NCBI GenBank assembly: GCA_951406725.2
Contig: OX597833.1
Span: 22,692,001-22,756,000, forward strand
Direction of reading: 5' to 3'
Length of the DNA stretch: 64,000 nt
DNA from: Octopus vulgaris
Taxonomy: Eukaryota
Shown here one piece after another: positions 11,788-25,286 of the stretch (position 1 is the stretch's first letter; every line of letters begins with the position of its first letter). A program made the translations under genes and the position numbers. The notes under the pieces were generated by a model. That model saw only the letters and a list, made by a program, of their open reading frames with translations, was not told the origin of the DNA and made no database searches.

Positions 11788-12940
11788 ACAACCATCAGTT
11801 GGCGATGGGCAGTGGCGAGAGTAAGTTTACAACAGATACGACACCAAAATTAATTTTCACCATCAAACTTCAAGTATGGCACCTATAAGTGCTAATTTCC
11901 AAAATACTTAAATGTACGGGTGATGCTATGCACGCATACTATCCTTACGTTTAATCTATTATTATTCAGGTTGTTATTGTCCCTATACTCAAAAATCTCA
12001 TAAGTTTCCATAGAGCACACTTCACACCCGTATTCCATAAGTAAATACCCTGTGCAGTCTTTATAGAAAGCCACCTAATAAGTAATTAATTAAGTACATG
12101 AATGAATATTAAACTGATTCTATGTAATCTTTCCGTTTTAATGTTGATAATTGATATATACACACATTTTTACCTATTTTGGTTAGGATATCATTTTTGA
12201 TAATCTTAAATTTTATTTTTATACAACATAACAATATTGCTTATAAACAATCACCCATAGTACCCCAAGATAAAATTTCCTCTGTATTAACATCCTAGGT
12301 TTTATTACCGTCTTGTCCCTTTAACTGGTAATTAACATCATGATTTAGAGTCTTCCCCTATCCAGCCTCCTTTTAATAGACAGTTGCTCTATATCCAATT
12401 TGCTATTCCTAATGTTTTCTTCCCTTCCCGAGGAAAAGAGATACATATAACAATATTTATGTGTCAACTCACTCTTGCCCTTCATTGTAAGTAAACACAG
12501 TCCTCTAGTTTTGGATTTACTAATTGAAAAAAAGACAAATAAATTAGAAATGGAGTACAATCCTTTACAAGTTATGCCCCAAGTGGATTTCATGCCATTC
12601 TTGGAAGTGTAGTCTACTCTTAGCTACAATAGCGGCAACATGAATTTCTTCCATCTTCTTGCTCTGTAAAGCATTTGAGAAAATTATATTAATGTGTCTA
12701 ACTGGTTAAAATTCTATTTATTTGTGCAACTGATGATAGTCCTGCATTTGAATTGATGTAATGATTGCATGGTTCAATTAAATGGAGCTGCTTGAAATGG
12801 TCGTACTGCATCACTTCTTGATATCCCGTTGCTTATTATTGTTTTATCTTACGAAATATATAGAACTGCTTCGGAAGTGCTCGGGTCGAACCCGAGACAA
12901 AACATAAGAATTAAGATATAAACTCAAATTAGGCAATCAG

Positions 12941-13039
12941 CTTTTTATACATACCCATAAAGTTATAAATTCGACTGAAAGTATACATAATATATATCGA
13001 CATATATGAATATTTAAAAAAAAACATTAAAAAATATAA

Positions 13040-13076
<37 letters not shown>

Positions 13077-13112
13077 AATATATATATATACATATATATA
13101 TTTATGTGTATA

Positions 13113-13196
<84 letters not shown>

Positions 13197-13744
13197 TAAA
13201 AATACATGTAAATAAAACACATGTGGTATATATATGGAAAGAAGTGTGAGAAAAAGAACTGATAAAGAATTTTTTCATACTAAATCTAAGAGCGGTTAAG
13301 AGTTTCATTTAAAAGATCCATAAAATTTAAAGTGTCTTTTTAAATATATATAAATGGTATATAAGGTATATAATACAATTCGAGGAAGTCCACTTTCTAC
13401 GGCCGTTTCCAGAGTTCATGTCCTGGTAGAAAAATTAATAGAAATCTTACAAACCATGCGGGCAATGTCTCCTCCATTAGGAAAGGTATCCTCATAATTA
13501 AAACTTCTAATTGAAACTCTTAACCGCTGTTAGTTTTGGTATGAAAATAATTTTTATCAGTTCTTTTTCTCACACTTATTTCCTTATATATCCCACATGG
13601 GTTTCATTAACATGTATTTTTATGCATATTTTTATATATATATATATATATTCATATCTTTAAAAATATTTTAAAAGATATTCATACATGTCGATATGTA
13701 GTAATATAAGTCGAATTTATAACTGTATGGGTATGTATAAAAAG
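12941..13744. repeat. long diverged inverted repeat enclosing a decayed hammerhead (13393-13485, minus)
   Basis: Arms about 12941-13307 / 13512-13744; loop reads on minus ctttc CTAATGG...GAAA cggccg TA gaaag. Confidence 0.75.
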
Positions 13745-14220
13745 TTCATTAATCTGATGCAGCACTTACCAGTCCATGAGATGGAATAGCCACGAGTGGA
13801 ACGGCCCTGAACACGAAATGCATTAGGTCCTCCTCCTCCCCCACCTCCCATTCCGCCTCCTCCCCTCCTCTTCCTCCCCATCATCCTCCCTCTTCATTCC
13901 CCTAATCCTCCTCCCTTCATACCCCGTCTCCCCTCCTCCTCCTCCTCTGCCGCCGCCGCCGCCACCACCACATATTCTGTCCGACGCTTTAACGATTCTG
14001 TCGAGTCGTCGTAGCTCGTCCTCCTCCTTTTGCAGATAATTTGTGAAACAATGTTACAGGTGCATAAATTCATTGCTTGTTTGTTACCTTTAGTTGAATT
14101 AGGCTAAATGCTTCTGTAACACAGATTCAAACTAGATTACACCAGTTTAATCCGATTCTTGCAACACAGAATTGGGTGGAGCCACCTTACAGCTATTATG
14201 CATCCACCCACTCATGTGTA

Positions 14221-14617
14221 TTTGTATGTATGTATTTATGTATGTATGTATGTATGTATGTATGTATACATGTATGTATGTATGTATGTATGTATGTATG
14301 TATGTATGTATACATGTATGTATGTATGTATGTATGTATGTATACATGTATGTATGTATGTATGTATGTATGTATACATGTATGTATGTATGTATGTATG
14401 TATGTATGTATGTATGTATGTATGTATGTATGTATGTATGTATGTATACATGTATGTATGTATGTATGTATACATGTATGTATGTATGTATGTATGTATG
14501 TATACATGTATGTATGTATGTATGTGTATTTGTGTATATATGTATCTATTTGATATATACATATACGATAAAATATATTATGTAATATATATATATATGT
14601 GTGTGTATATATGTGTA

Positions 14618-14666
<49 letters not shown>

Positions 14667-14720
14667 ATATCTATAATATATAGTATATATATTATGTAAT
14701 ATATTATGTATTATAATGTA

Positions 14721-14755
<35 letters not shown>

Positions 14756-14760
14756 ACTAT
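14221..14760. repeat. (TATG)n/(TA)n/(TATC)n microsatellite block
   Basis: Tetranucleotide tracts that produce the CMYV/HTYI ORFs. Confidence 0.95.
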
Positions 14761-14763
14761 CTA

Positions 14764-15040
14764 TAGAGGAATGACCACTAAAGTGGACATCCAATATGCT
14801 AAACATAGACGTCAAATCGCCATTACCACGAAGAATGTGTTCTCAAAAAAATCTCAGCAAAAAAAACAAAATGTAAAAATAAGCAAGACAAAGGAAAATT
14901 CATTTATTTTCCTTTGTCTTGCTTATTTTTACATTTTGTTTTTTTGCTGAGATTTTTTTGAGAACACATTCTTCGTGGTAATGGCGATTTGACGTCTATG
15001 TTTAGCATATTGGATGTCCACTTTAGTGGTCATTCCTCTA
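14764..15040. repeat. near-perfect ~135-bp-arm palindrome
   Basis: TAGAGGAATGACC...GGAAAAT tcattt ATTTTCC...GGTCATTCCTCTA. Confidence 0.9.
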
Positions 15041-15150
15041 AATTTTGTATGTAACAGAATTTTTAATCTTTGGATTTTTTAAATATGCTAAGTCACTGGT
15101 TTTAATTGATGAATATCGATTTCTACCCTTATTATTTAATTATATATATA

Positions 15151-15280
15151 TAAAGGGCAAGCAACAGGTTGCTTAGCCACGTATGTGGAGTTACATTTGT
15201 AGAAAATAGAAATAAGCAGTCTTTGACTGCTATTTCTAATTTTTCGGTATGTGGCTAAGCAACCCGTTGCTTGCCCTTTA
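15151..15280. repeat. 130-bp fold-back element with ~30-bp arms in (TA)n
   Basis: TAAAGGGCAAGCAAC..GCTTAGCCAC / GTGGCTAAGC..GTTGCTTGCCCTTTA. Confidence 0.8.
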
Positions 15281-15432
15281 TATATATATATATATATATA
15301 TAACTTTTTGAAAAGTTCCTACCGATAATGGTTATATTTCAATACCGAAATCTACCCGGAAATAATTGTTGATTTTAAAATTAATAATTATTTACCCTTA
15401 TATTATATATATAATACATTGTATGTACGTAA

Positions 15433-15588
15433 TCTACTATAATAATACTCTTGTGTTTTTCTCCGTTACAACACATGAATGAGAAAAGAAGGGGTAATAG
15501 ATGAATAAGGAAGGTAGGGGTGAAAAAGAATCACAGGGTTTCAACTCTGTGAATACATGTGTGTGTATGTAAAAGGGAGGTATGTGAA

Positions 15589-15638
<50 letters not shown>

Positions 15639-16830
15639 CGTGTGCGTGCGTGTGTGTGTGTGTGTGTGTGTGTGTTTGTGCTTGTGTGTGTGCAATGGAA
15701 GTGGGATGGTGAACATTCAACTGAACACTGAAAAGAAAATTCAAACAGCGTTTCAACTCTGTGCGAGTATATGTGTGTTTGTGTATGCGTGTACAAGGGA
15801 AGTATGTGAATGTTTGTATGTGTGAACCAGCGTTCTTTCAGTAGCGGACGATAATCGAAGGCACATCCCAAAAGACAACTACTAGATAACATTGACAAGT
15901 GTATAAATTTGATTTACCATCCATATTCTATCTGTTTTGTTAAAATAATTATTACAATCACACACACCTACACATATACATATACAAACTCATCAGGGAA
16001 AATAATTATTGCCTGAGTGTATCAAGAATATAAAACGACTGCAGTTGAAAGATATATTATAAATACACATCTTAATTTAACAGTTTATATATGTCCTTAA
16101 TTCATTTATATCAAGAAATTTTTACCCAGTGTTCTTCCAGTAACTATGCATAAACTAACCAGCGTTCTCTCTGGAATTTACGATGATCGATGTCACACCT
16201 CAAAATACAACCACTAGATAACATTGAGCAGTATATTAATTTGAATTACCATCCATATTCTATCTGTTGTTACAGATAATTATTACGATCACCCACATCT
16301 ACACAAACATGTACATATGCAAACTCATTAGAGAAAATAATTATTGCCTGAGCGTATCAAGAATGTAAAACGACTGCAGTTGAAAAGAATATTATAATAC
16401 ACATTTAACAGTTCAGATGTGTGCCTAGTTTATTTATATTAATAAAGTTATGTAATAAATTTTAAATAGGGAGTTTTTACAACATCAACTATAAGTCATG
16501 GACTGCCTTTTGTGGCTTTAAATCGTATGAGTTTAGGTTGGTTTCAGTAATGGAGAGCGCAACTGAAAGAAAACGTCGCTTCGAAAAAGTTGGTATTTAT
16601 TTGCCAGCTCCCGTATTTAATTACGGCCAGCTTTATGTGGCCTCAAGTCGTACAAGGAGGAAGGAAAACTTAAAAATTCAACAAGCAGTCAAGGGATGTT
16701 AAATTGTGGATAGATTTTTCACAAAAATTTTGTAATAAAAGAATTATTGAACTAAAAACTTGGTTTTGTACTTTATTTATATATAAAATACTACAATTAG
16801 CCTTCAGTTTTGACGGCACGGGGCCAGCTA
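15433..16830 (+). mobile_element. non-autonomous Helitron with Pif1-helicase C-terminal remnant
   Basis: 5' A|TCTACTAT; FEKVGIYLPAPVFNYGQLYVASSR at about 16580-16655; 3' GC-rich hairpin then CTAA (CTRR); internal ~300-bp duplication. Confidence 0.8.
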
Positions 16831-17236
16831 ATCTACTATAATAGTATACTTTTGTGTTTTTGTCCGTCACAACGCATGAATGAGAAAGGAAGGGGTGATA
16901 GATGACTAAAGAAGGAAGGGGTGATGGCAAACTTGGTAGTGGGATGACGTTAATGCTACGGTGAAAAAAAATCAAACAGCGTTTCAACTTTGTGTGAGTA
17001 TATGTGTGCGTGTACAAGGGACGTATGTGAATGTTTGTGTGAATCAGCGTTCTTCAGTAACAAACGACATCGGTGTCACATCTCAAAAGACAACCACTAG
17101 ATAACATTGACAAGTGTATTAGTTTGATCTACCATCCACATTCTGTTTTGTTAAAAATAATTATTACAATCACACACACTTTTACAAACATATACATATA
17201 CAAACTCATTAGAGAAAGTAATTACTCCTTGAGTGT

Positions 17237-17240
<4 letters not shown>
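16831..17240 (+). mobile_element. second Helitron copy (5' part), head-to-tail with the first
   Basis: Restarts TCTACTATAATA and parallels 15433-16025. Confidence 0.75.
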
Positions 17241-17296
<56 letters not shown>

Positions 17297-17299
<3 letters not shown>

Positions 17300-18292
17300 T
17301 ATTAATATAGGACGAAGTTTTTTTACAGAAAAACTTCATCAAAAAATGTGGCAACATATTAAAATACCTTTAAGGTTAAAATTATAAACAACTTGTAAAC
17401 AAAGGCTAAAGAAAATTATTTCTATGCCAATATGCTGATAACAGACTTTTAAATCGTCAATTCCCACATATTATTTACTCGCTACAGAAAATACGTAGAG
17501 CTGAATCGAGGAAAGCTAGCCAACATGATTTTTTAAAAAGTTCGTTATTTCTATATTGAATCAATTTCGGAATTACTCTCATAATAGATTTTTTCCTCCT
17601 CAGTAGAAAATACGAAAAGAAATTAATGAAATGATTTTAAAAAAATCCTGTTGGCTAGCTTTCCACGATTCAGCTCTACGTATTTTCTGTGGCGAGTAAA
17701 TAATATGTGGGAATTGACGATTTAAAAGTTTGTTATCAGCATATTGGCATAGAAATAATTTTCTTTAGCCCTTGTTTATAAGTTGTTTATAATTTTAACC
17801 TTAAAGGTATTTTAATATGCTGCCACATTTTTTGACGAAGTTTTTGTCTGTAAAGAAACTTCGTCCTATATTAATAGTAGACTTATTACTATTCGCTATA
17901 GGGACTGGTAACCACTATAAGCTGTAGTGGCGAACAGTTCACACGTGTGCTGAAGCTGACCAAAGGATTTTATATTTAGATATATCTGGGGTACTTATAT
18001 GTACTTATGATTTTTGCTTCGGCTTTTTTCCATGGGCGCATGTAAGTATTTCATTTATTTCTTTTCGTATTTTCTACTGAGGAGGAAAAAATCTTTTATG
18101 AGATTAATTCCGATATTGATTCAATATAGAAATAACGAACTTTTTAAAAAATCATGTTGGCTAGTTTTCCTCGATTCAGCTCTACGTATTTTCTGTAGCG
18201 AGTAAATAATATGTGAGAATTGATGATTTAAAAGTCTGTTATCAGCATATTGGCATAGAAATAATTTTCTTGAGCCCTTATTTATAAGTTGT
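17297..18292 (+). mobile_element. (TA)n-bounded element with inverted plus tandem terminal repeats (PLE-like architecture)
   Basis: 17297-17538 is inverted at 17635-17879; about 17390-17632 is inverted again at 18048-18292. Confidence 0.75.
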
Positions 18293-18310
18293 ATATATAT
18301 ATATATATAT

Positions 18311-18515
18311 GTGACCGCGTGTATACCGTTGGCGATTTTTTTCCTCTGTCTACCCTTCTCTGGATCTTTCCTTCTATGTTTCCGACGAAGAGCTCCGCTC
18401 GAAACGTTAAGCCCTCCTTCTTCCCTTCCTTCCTGAGCGTCCAATAATACTATATTTGTTCCACGTCCTCGCGTTGTTGTCTTTTCAATTTGTGTTTTCA
18501 TGTTTGGATTAACTG
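18311..18515 (+). mobile_element. second copy of the 205-bp hammerhead-bearing repeat (motif 18378-18412)
   Basis: CCGACGAAGAGCTCCGCTCGAAACGTT; TA repeats on both sides. Confidence 0.75.
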
Positions 18516-18560
18516 TATATATATAAGGTGGCTAGGCGCGATATAAAACGAAAAAGGAAG

Positions 18561-18775
18561 ACTTCAGTTGTCACCGATAGTGACTGAGGGTGCATTGTAG
18601 CACCTACATTGCTTAAAATAAGAGTCAAAGATCCTTATAAGCACACACATAGCACAAGAGCCGGTTAACTCCCCTAGACTTGTGCTATGTCTGTGGCTGT
18701 AAGAGTCTATGACTCTTCTTTCTAGCATGTTAGTGCTACAATGCACCCGCAGTCACTATTAGTGACAACTGAAGT
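18561..18775. repeat. imperfect 215-bp hairpin
   Basis: ACTTCAGTTGTCAC..GGGTGCATTGTAGCAC / GTGCTACAATGCACCC..GTGACAACTGAAGT. Confidence 0.8.
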
Positions 18776-18800
18776 ATATAAATGCGCGCGCGAGTGTGTA

Positions 18801-18867
<67 letters not shown>

Positions 18868-19399
18868 ATATACACACGCACTAGCTTAGAATATAACTTT
18901 TAAGCAACTAACCCCAAATGGGAAGATCTGCAAACAGATCTTTGGCTTGTTTTGGAGAATTTGTTGCAGTTGCTTCCTCCAGAGTCATATTTCAATGATG
19001 ATCATATTTCGTCAGCCGTTAGGTTTTTAAGTTCAAATTCCGCCGAGGTCGACTTTGCCTTTCATCCTTTCGGGGTCGATAAAATTAGTACCAGTTACGT
19101 ACTGGAGTCAATCTAATCGACTTAATCCCTTCCTCCAAAATTTGAGGCCTTGTGCTTAAAGTTGAAAAACTGTGGCACAATGACATTCACATATATTAGG
19201 GCGTTTATACATCCATATCTCTTAACGGTTATTTTTAATACTTTTCTCGCTGTATTGCGCGTTCGTTTCATTTTTGCATCTGTTCTTCTGTTTTTGATCT
19301 CTATATATGAAGATATATTCTTTGTTTTGCTGCTTTTCTTTCTACGAAATGAGAAGATACATTGCGGAACTGTTATTTTAACTGTTATTTTAACGAGTT

Positions 19400-19522
19400 A
19401 TATCTATTTATCATCCGATGAGACACATCTATACCGCCGGATGATTCTGAACCAGTTGTTAAGTGTCCCACCCGTGAGGGATCGGTGCCAGATGTGCCGA
19501 AACAATTTTGATAAATAGATAT
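19400..19522 (+). ncRNA. hammerhead-like motif with 14-bp stem I and CCGATGA core
   Basis: atatctatttatca t CCGATGA gacacatct...agatgtgcc GAAA caattt tgataaatagatat. Confidence 0.6.
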
Positions 19523-19599
19523 TCTCGTATATTCCATCTTCCGTCTTTCATTTACCACACACACACACATACACACACACACGCGCGCGCGCGCGCGAG

Positions 19600-20017
<418 letters not shown>

Positions 20018-21364
20018 GTAAAACCACAAGACAGTGAATCCACATAAAAATCTGTATACAAAGGCCAAAGTACGATGGTTAAAGGATCAATTTATATCTT
20101 GAATGACGACTGAAATGTCATTGACCTGTTGAACGTTGGTAGTTCTGAAAGAGGAGACGAATGGGAAACTATAGATATGCATATATACATATATACTTAT
20201 ATATGAGAAGGCATGTGGACTAACGGTTAGGATGTGACACTCATGATCGGTAGATCGTGGGTTCAGTTTCTAGAACGGGCGGCGTATTTTGTTCCTGACA
20301 AAACACTTCATTTTGTGATGCTCCAAGTCCACTCTGCTGTAATTGGGTAACTCTTCGACGGACTATTAGAAGGAATGTTGGGTTGATCGCCTTACCAGCA
20401 TCATTCGAAGGCTAAAATGATGCAAAGCGTATTGTGACTAGCGATGTATAACAACATCTGATAGTGGTCACGTAATACACTTATATGTACGTACATATGT
20501 ATATATGTTATTGTTTAGTCTTTTTAGGCAGCGAGCTCGCAGACTCGTTAGCACACCGAATACGCTTAGCGGCATTTTTTCGGCTCTTTACGTTCTGGGT
20601 TCATATTTCGCCGAGTTTGGTTTTTGTCTTTCTTGCCTTTGGGATCGATAAAATACCTACCAGTCGAGCCATGGGGGTCGATCTAATTAACTTCCTTATA
20701 ATTTCAAGTCTCGTGCGTATCGTAGATATAATTATTTAGTCTTATTTCTGGATTTCTAGCCAATGGGCAAAGTTCCGGTTTCTTATCTAAATCCAAGGCT
20801 CCTTCATTGCAATTTCAACATCAGAAGCATGTTTGTGTGTAAGTGTGCAGGTATTTGGAGTCGGTCTGTATGTATGTTTAAGATCATAGACGATAAACTA
20901 CAATTCAAATAACAATTAGAATAGAGAAATTAAAATGCAGAATGTATGGATTTCTCTCAGACGGAGACGTAAGTTTAATTCCTATTATGTGTGAATGGTG
21001 TGAGATGGGATCTTGTGTTGGTCATGCTTAATCAAAGTATATAATAAGTGAAACAGTTCAACTGAAAATCGCAATCGGGTTACGTATGCAGTTGGCTACT
21101 AATTTACCACTACACTTTGGCATTGCCGACTGAACCTGTCAAAAAGGACATTGCTCTGCGTGGTCATGTTACCTAGTCGAAATAGGTACCAAAACTTCCT
21201 CAGACTACATCGTACCTTCTTAAATAAGATGGGCGCTTTGGTTCAATTAGGACCTTTGGATAATCTAGTTTGAAAATAAAGTGGGATATTAATGACCTGA
21301 ACGCCTCTGACCATTAGTGATCTCTATCAGGACAGATTTTTAGACTCAAGAGCAACAACACTGA

Positions 21365-21765
21365 GTGGCTGTGTAGTAAGTAGCTTGCTTACGAATCACA
21401 TGGTTCCGGGTTCAGTCCCACTGTGTGGCGCCTTGGGCAAGTGTCTTCTACTATAGCCTCGGGTCGACCAAAGCCTCGTGAGTGGATTTGGTAAACGGAA
21501 ACTGAAAGAAGCCCGTCGTATATATGTATTTATATATATATATATGTATGTGTGTGTATATGTTTGTGTGTCTGTGTTTGTCCCCCTAACATCGCCTGAC
21601 AACCGATGGGGTGTGTTTACGTCCGCGTAACTTAGCGGTTCGGCAAAGAGACCGATAGAATAAGTACTAGGATTACAAAGATTAAGTCCCGGGGTCGATT
21701 TGCTCGACTAAAGGTGGTGCTCCAGCATGGCCACAGTCAAATGACTGAAACAAGTAAAAGAGTAA
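21365..21765 (+). mobile_element. family B SINE (tRNA head, internal TA/TG microsatellite)
   Basis: GTGGCTGTGTAGTAAG..GGTTCAGTCCC..CCTTGGGCAAGT..AGAAGCCCGTCG(TA)n..GACTGAAACAAGTAAAAGA. Confidence 0.85.
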
Positions 21766-21834
21766 TTATTCATCTCTCTTTATATTATATCTAACATATA
21801 TTACTTCTTTTGATGGGGTTGCAACTGTTTTATC

Positions 21835-22232
21835 TTTTATCTTTTACTTGTTTCAGTCATTTGATTGCGGACATGCTGGGGTACCATCTTGAAGGGTTTT
21901 AGTCAAACAAATTGATTTTTTGAAGCCTAGTGCTTATTTTATCGGACAATTTTGCTGAACTACAGGGACGTAAACACGCCACTACCGGTTGTCAAGGTGC
22001 TTGACGGTGGTTGGGGACAAACACAGACACACACATAGATACACATTCACATATAGATACACACATACACATTTATATTTGACGGGCTTCTTTCAGTTTC
22101 CGTCTACCAAATCCACTCACAAGGCTTTAGTCGGCCCGAAGCTATACTAGAAGACACTTGCCCAAGTGTTACGCAGTGGGACTGAACCCAGAAGCATGCG
22201 GTTGAGAAGTAAGCTTCTTACCACACAATCAC
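21835..22232 (-). mobile_element. family B SINE, inverted relative to the 21365 copy
   Basis: Reverse complement of the same head and tail motifs. Confidence 0.8.
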
Positions 22233-23456
22233 GTGGGTTTATTTCTGCAAAGTCATATTAGGTGGGTTTACTGATCTAGTGATATTTCAAAGATCTTTAA
22301 GGCGGCGAACTGGCAGAGTCATTAGTTTGTCGGGTTAAATACTTAGCGGCATTTCGCTTGTTTTCACGTTCTGAGTTCAAATTCTGCCAAGATCGAATTT
22401 GCCTTTTATCTTTTTGGGGTCGATGAAATAAGTACTCGTAGAACACTGGAGTTGATGTAATCGACTTACTCCTTACCCGAAAGTGCTGGTCTTGTGTCGA
22501 AGTGGTAGTGAGTAGAATCTCTCAGCAGGTACATCGAGGGTACTCTCTCTACCAATTACGTCGAAGCTATAAACGAAAGGACACTTTTGGTAATGTAGTT
22601 CTTTATACATCAAAACATGAGAGAAGGACGAGTTGGTCGTAGATGGAATGTGTTTGATTGTAGGTCTGCCCAATCAGGGATAACCTGGTGGGTAACACTA
22701 GCAGCAGCAGCGGCAGCAACAGCAACAACAACAAGAACAACAAGAACAACATCAACAACAACAACAACTACAACTACAAATAAGAATAATGATGACACGA
22801 ACAATGAGTGATGGAGTTATTAACGGTGACCATATTTGGTCATCATTACTGTTGTGTAACATGATAACGTTTCGCTTTGTTAGGGTCTATTTCTTTCTGT
22901 TCTTCTTCGCTTGGCAGAGTTTCTTTCTCTCTGTCCCTTCTTCGCAGTGTCTATTTCTTTTTTCTCCCCTCCCCCCACCCGCCACCTTGCTATTGGCTCA
23001 GGTGAGACATTCCAGGCTCGATTAGTCATCATCATTGAAATGAAATCGCTAAACAAACTGGGAATCGAACCACAACTGCCCCCAAACCACAATCATCACC
23101 AGCAGCAGTAATTGTACCACCACAATTACTGTAACAATAATCTCAACTTTTAGCACAAGGCCAGAAATTTCAGGGCTGGTGGTAAGTCGATTACATCGAC
23201 CCCAGTGCTTGACTGCTACTTATTTTATCGACCCCAGTGCTTGACTGCTACTTATTTTATCGACCCGCGAAGGATGAAAGGCAAAATCGACCTCGGTGGA
23301 ATTTGAATTCAGAACGTAAAGACGGACGAATAATGACAATAATGAATATCTCTACCAACAGCAATCATCAGCATCGCTACACTATTATCAGCAATTGTCA
23401 TCGTGTTCATCATCATCAGCAGCAGGACCACCACCAACTCCCACCACCACCACCAA

Positions 23457-23520
<64 letters not shown>

Positions 23521-24099
23521 GACTGGATTTTTCTTTTGATTTTTGCTTTGTTTTGTCAAAGCAACAAGTCTTCCTTCAGCAGCTCTCGGTTTTAGTTTCC
23601 TCTCTTATGTGTCAGCTGACAGACAGACTTGCTGACATTTACTCACACTCTTCTTTGGGGGTCTACCAACATCTAGCATTCTTCTCGTTACTTACTTACC
23701 CCTCCCCCCGCCCAACTGCCTTCTTCTTGACTGACAAGATTGCTATGGCTTAAGCTGTCTCATCATACGTCTTTCTACTATAAGCACAAAGCCTGAAATT
23801 TTGAGGAGAGGGGAGCAGTCGATTGCATCGAGCCTGGTGCTCAACAGGTATTTATATCGACCTAGAAAGGACGAAAAAGTAAAATAGACCTCGACGGCTT
23901 TTGAAATCAAAACGTAAATAGCCGGAAGAAACGCCGCCAAGCACATTGTCCGAAGTGTTAACGATTCTGCCAGCTCGCAACCTTAATCATGGCACCCAAT
24001 ATTGTTTATGGCTTAAACTGTCGCAAACCTATAACCGCTCACTTGGATTGTCACTAAATTACATACACCCACCTTCTTACTGATCATTGCAACTGAAAT

Positions 24100-25286
24100 C
24101 ACTGGAACCTATCATTCTCTGCATTCTTCCCTAAACCCGTCACCTACAACATTATTTCTTTTCTTTTCTTCAACTTCGTCAGTCACGTGTCCAAAATATT
24201 TGCAGAGGCAATATTGATAACGCGAAGCAATGCCATCGAAAACATCATGAAACATTTTGTTCGATATTTGAGCGCATTTTGGTTCAGTGGATGCCCTCAA
24301 ATCGGAATGAGGGCAACTACTACCGGTTTTGTATCGTGAACTTTATTTTTTAGGTATCCACATAAAAATGTCTAATTGTACGAGGTCTGGTGAACACGGA
24401 GGGTATTCTTCTGAACCCCTTCGTCCAATCCACCTGTTTGGCAAAATCTCACCAAGGCAGGTCCTTACATTACCGTAGTATTGTGGATGTTCACTGTTTT
24501 GCTGGAAATAGAATTCCACATCTTCAAAGTCCTGTTGAATGTTTGACATGGCAGTGGAACAAGTTCAAGTTTATGGGACTAGTGACAGTACCATTATCAA
24601 AAATGAATGATTCAGTTAATCTTTTGGATGGTAAGCTTCACAGAACTGAAAGAAACTCTTGTTAAATTAACATTTCTTCGTAATACGCGGCTTCTCAGAT
24701 TCTCAGTGGGTGCAATTTTGGTGTTTAATTGAGCCATTTCATTTAAATGTAGCTTCATCCCTCCAAACAATCTTGGTTGGAAAGCGTGCTTCTTTTGGAC
24801 ATCTTACCAAGTGTTATTCGAAAACATTCATCTTCCTTGAGAGCATGAAGAATTCTTGGAATGTAACTTTTGTAATGACGACGCTTCAAAATACGATGAA
24901 CGCTTGATTTTGAAATTCCTATCTCATGACTCTCTTGTTGCACAGATTGTTTTGAATCCTGGCAACACTTCTGGCTTTGTAGGGCTCATGGAAGGCCGCA
25001 GTCTTCCGGAACGTTTCTTATGGACATTCTGAACAATTCCGTCTGCTTGAAACATATCTCCTGATTGAGATATGGGTAGTCACCTAGCTGAACCTGTTTA
25101 AAACTCGATCCAAGGATGCTCTTGCACTTGTATTTTGTTTTCAAACTTTAAGTAGCAGTTTCAGAAAAAGTTTCTTTGTTTAAAATTTTGTGTGGCTCCT
25201 TCATTATTTCAAATGGGCTAAATCTAAAAAGAAATAATTGAATTATCAACTGTTAAAGTATGTATAAATTGTGGGGGACATCTTGT
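24100..25286 (-). mobile_element. decayed Tc1/mariner-superfamily transposon (maT/rosa-like)
   Basis: TA+CAAGATGTCCC terminus at the right end; GISKSSVHRILK; FYFQQ..H..VR..L..LPNRWIGRRG..YPPCSPDL..LDIFMW. Confidence 0.8.
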
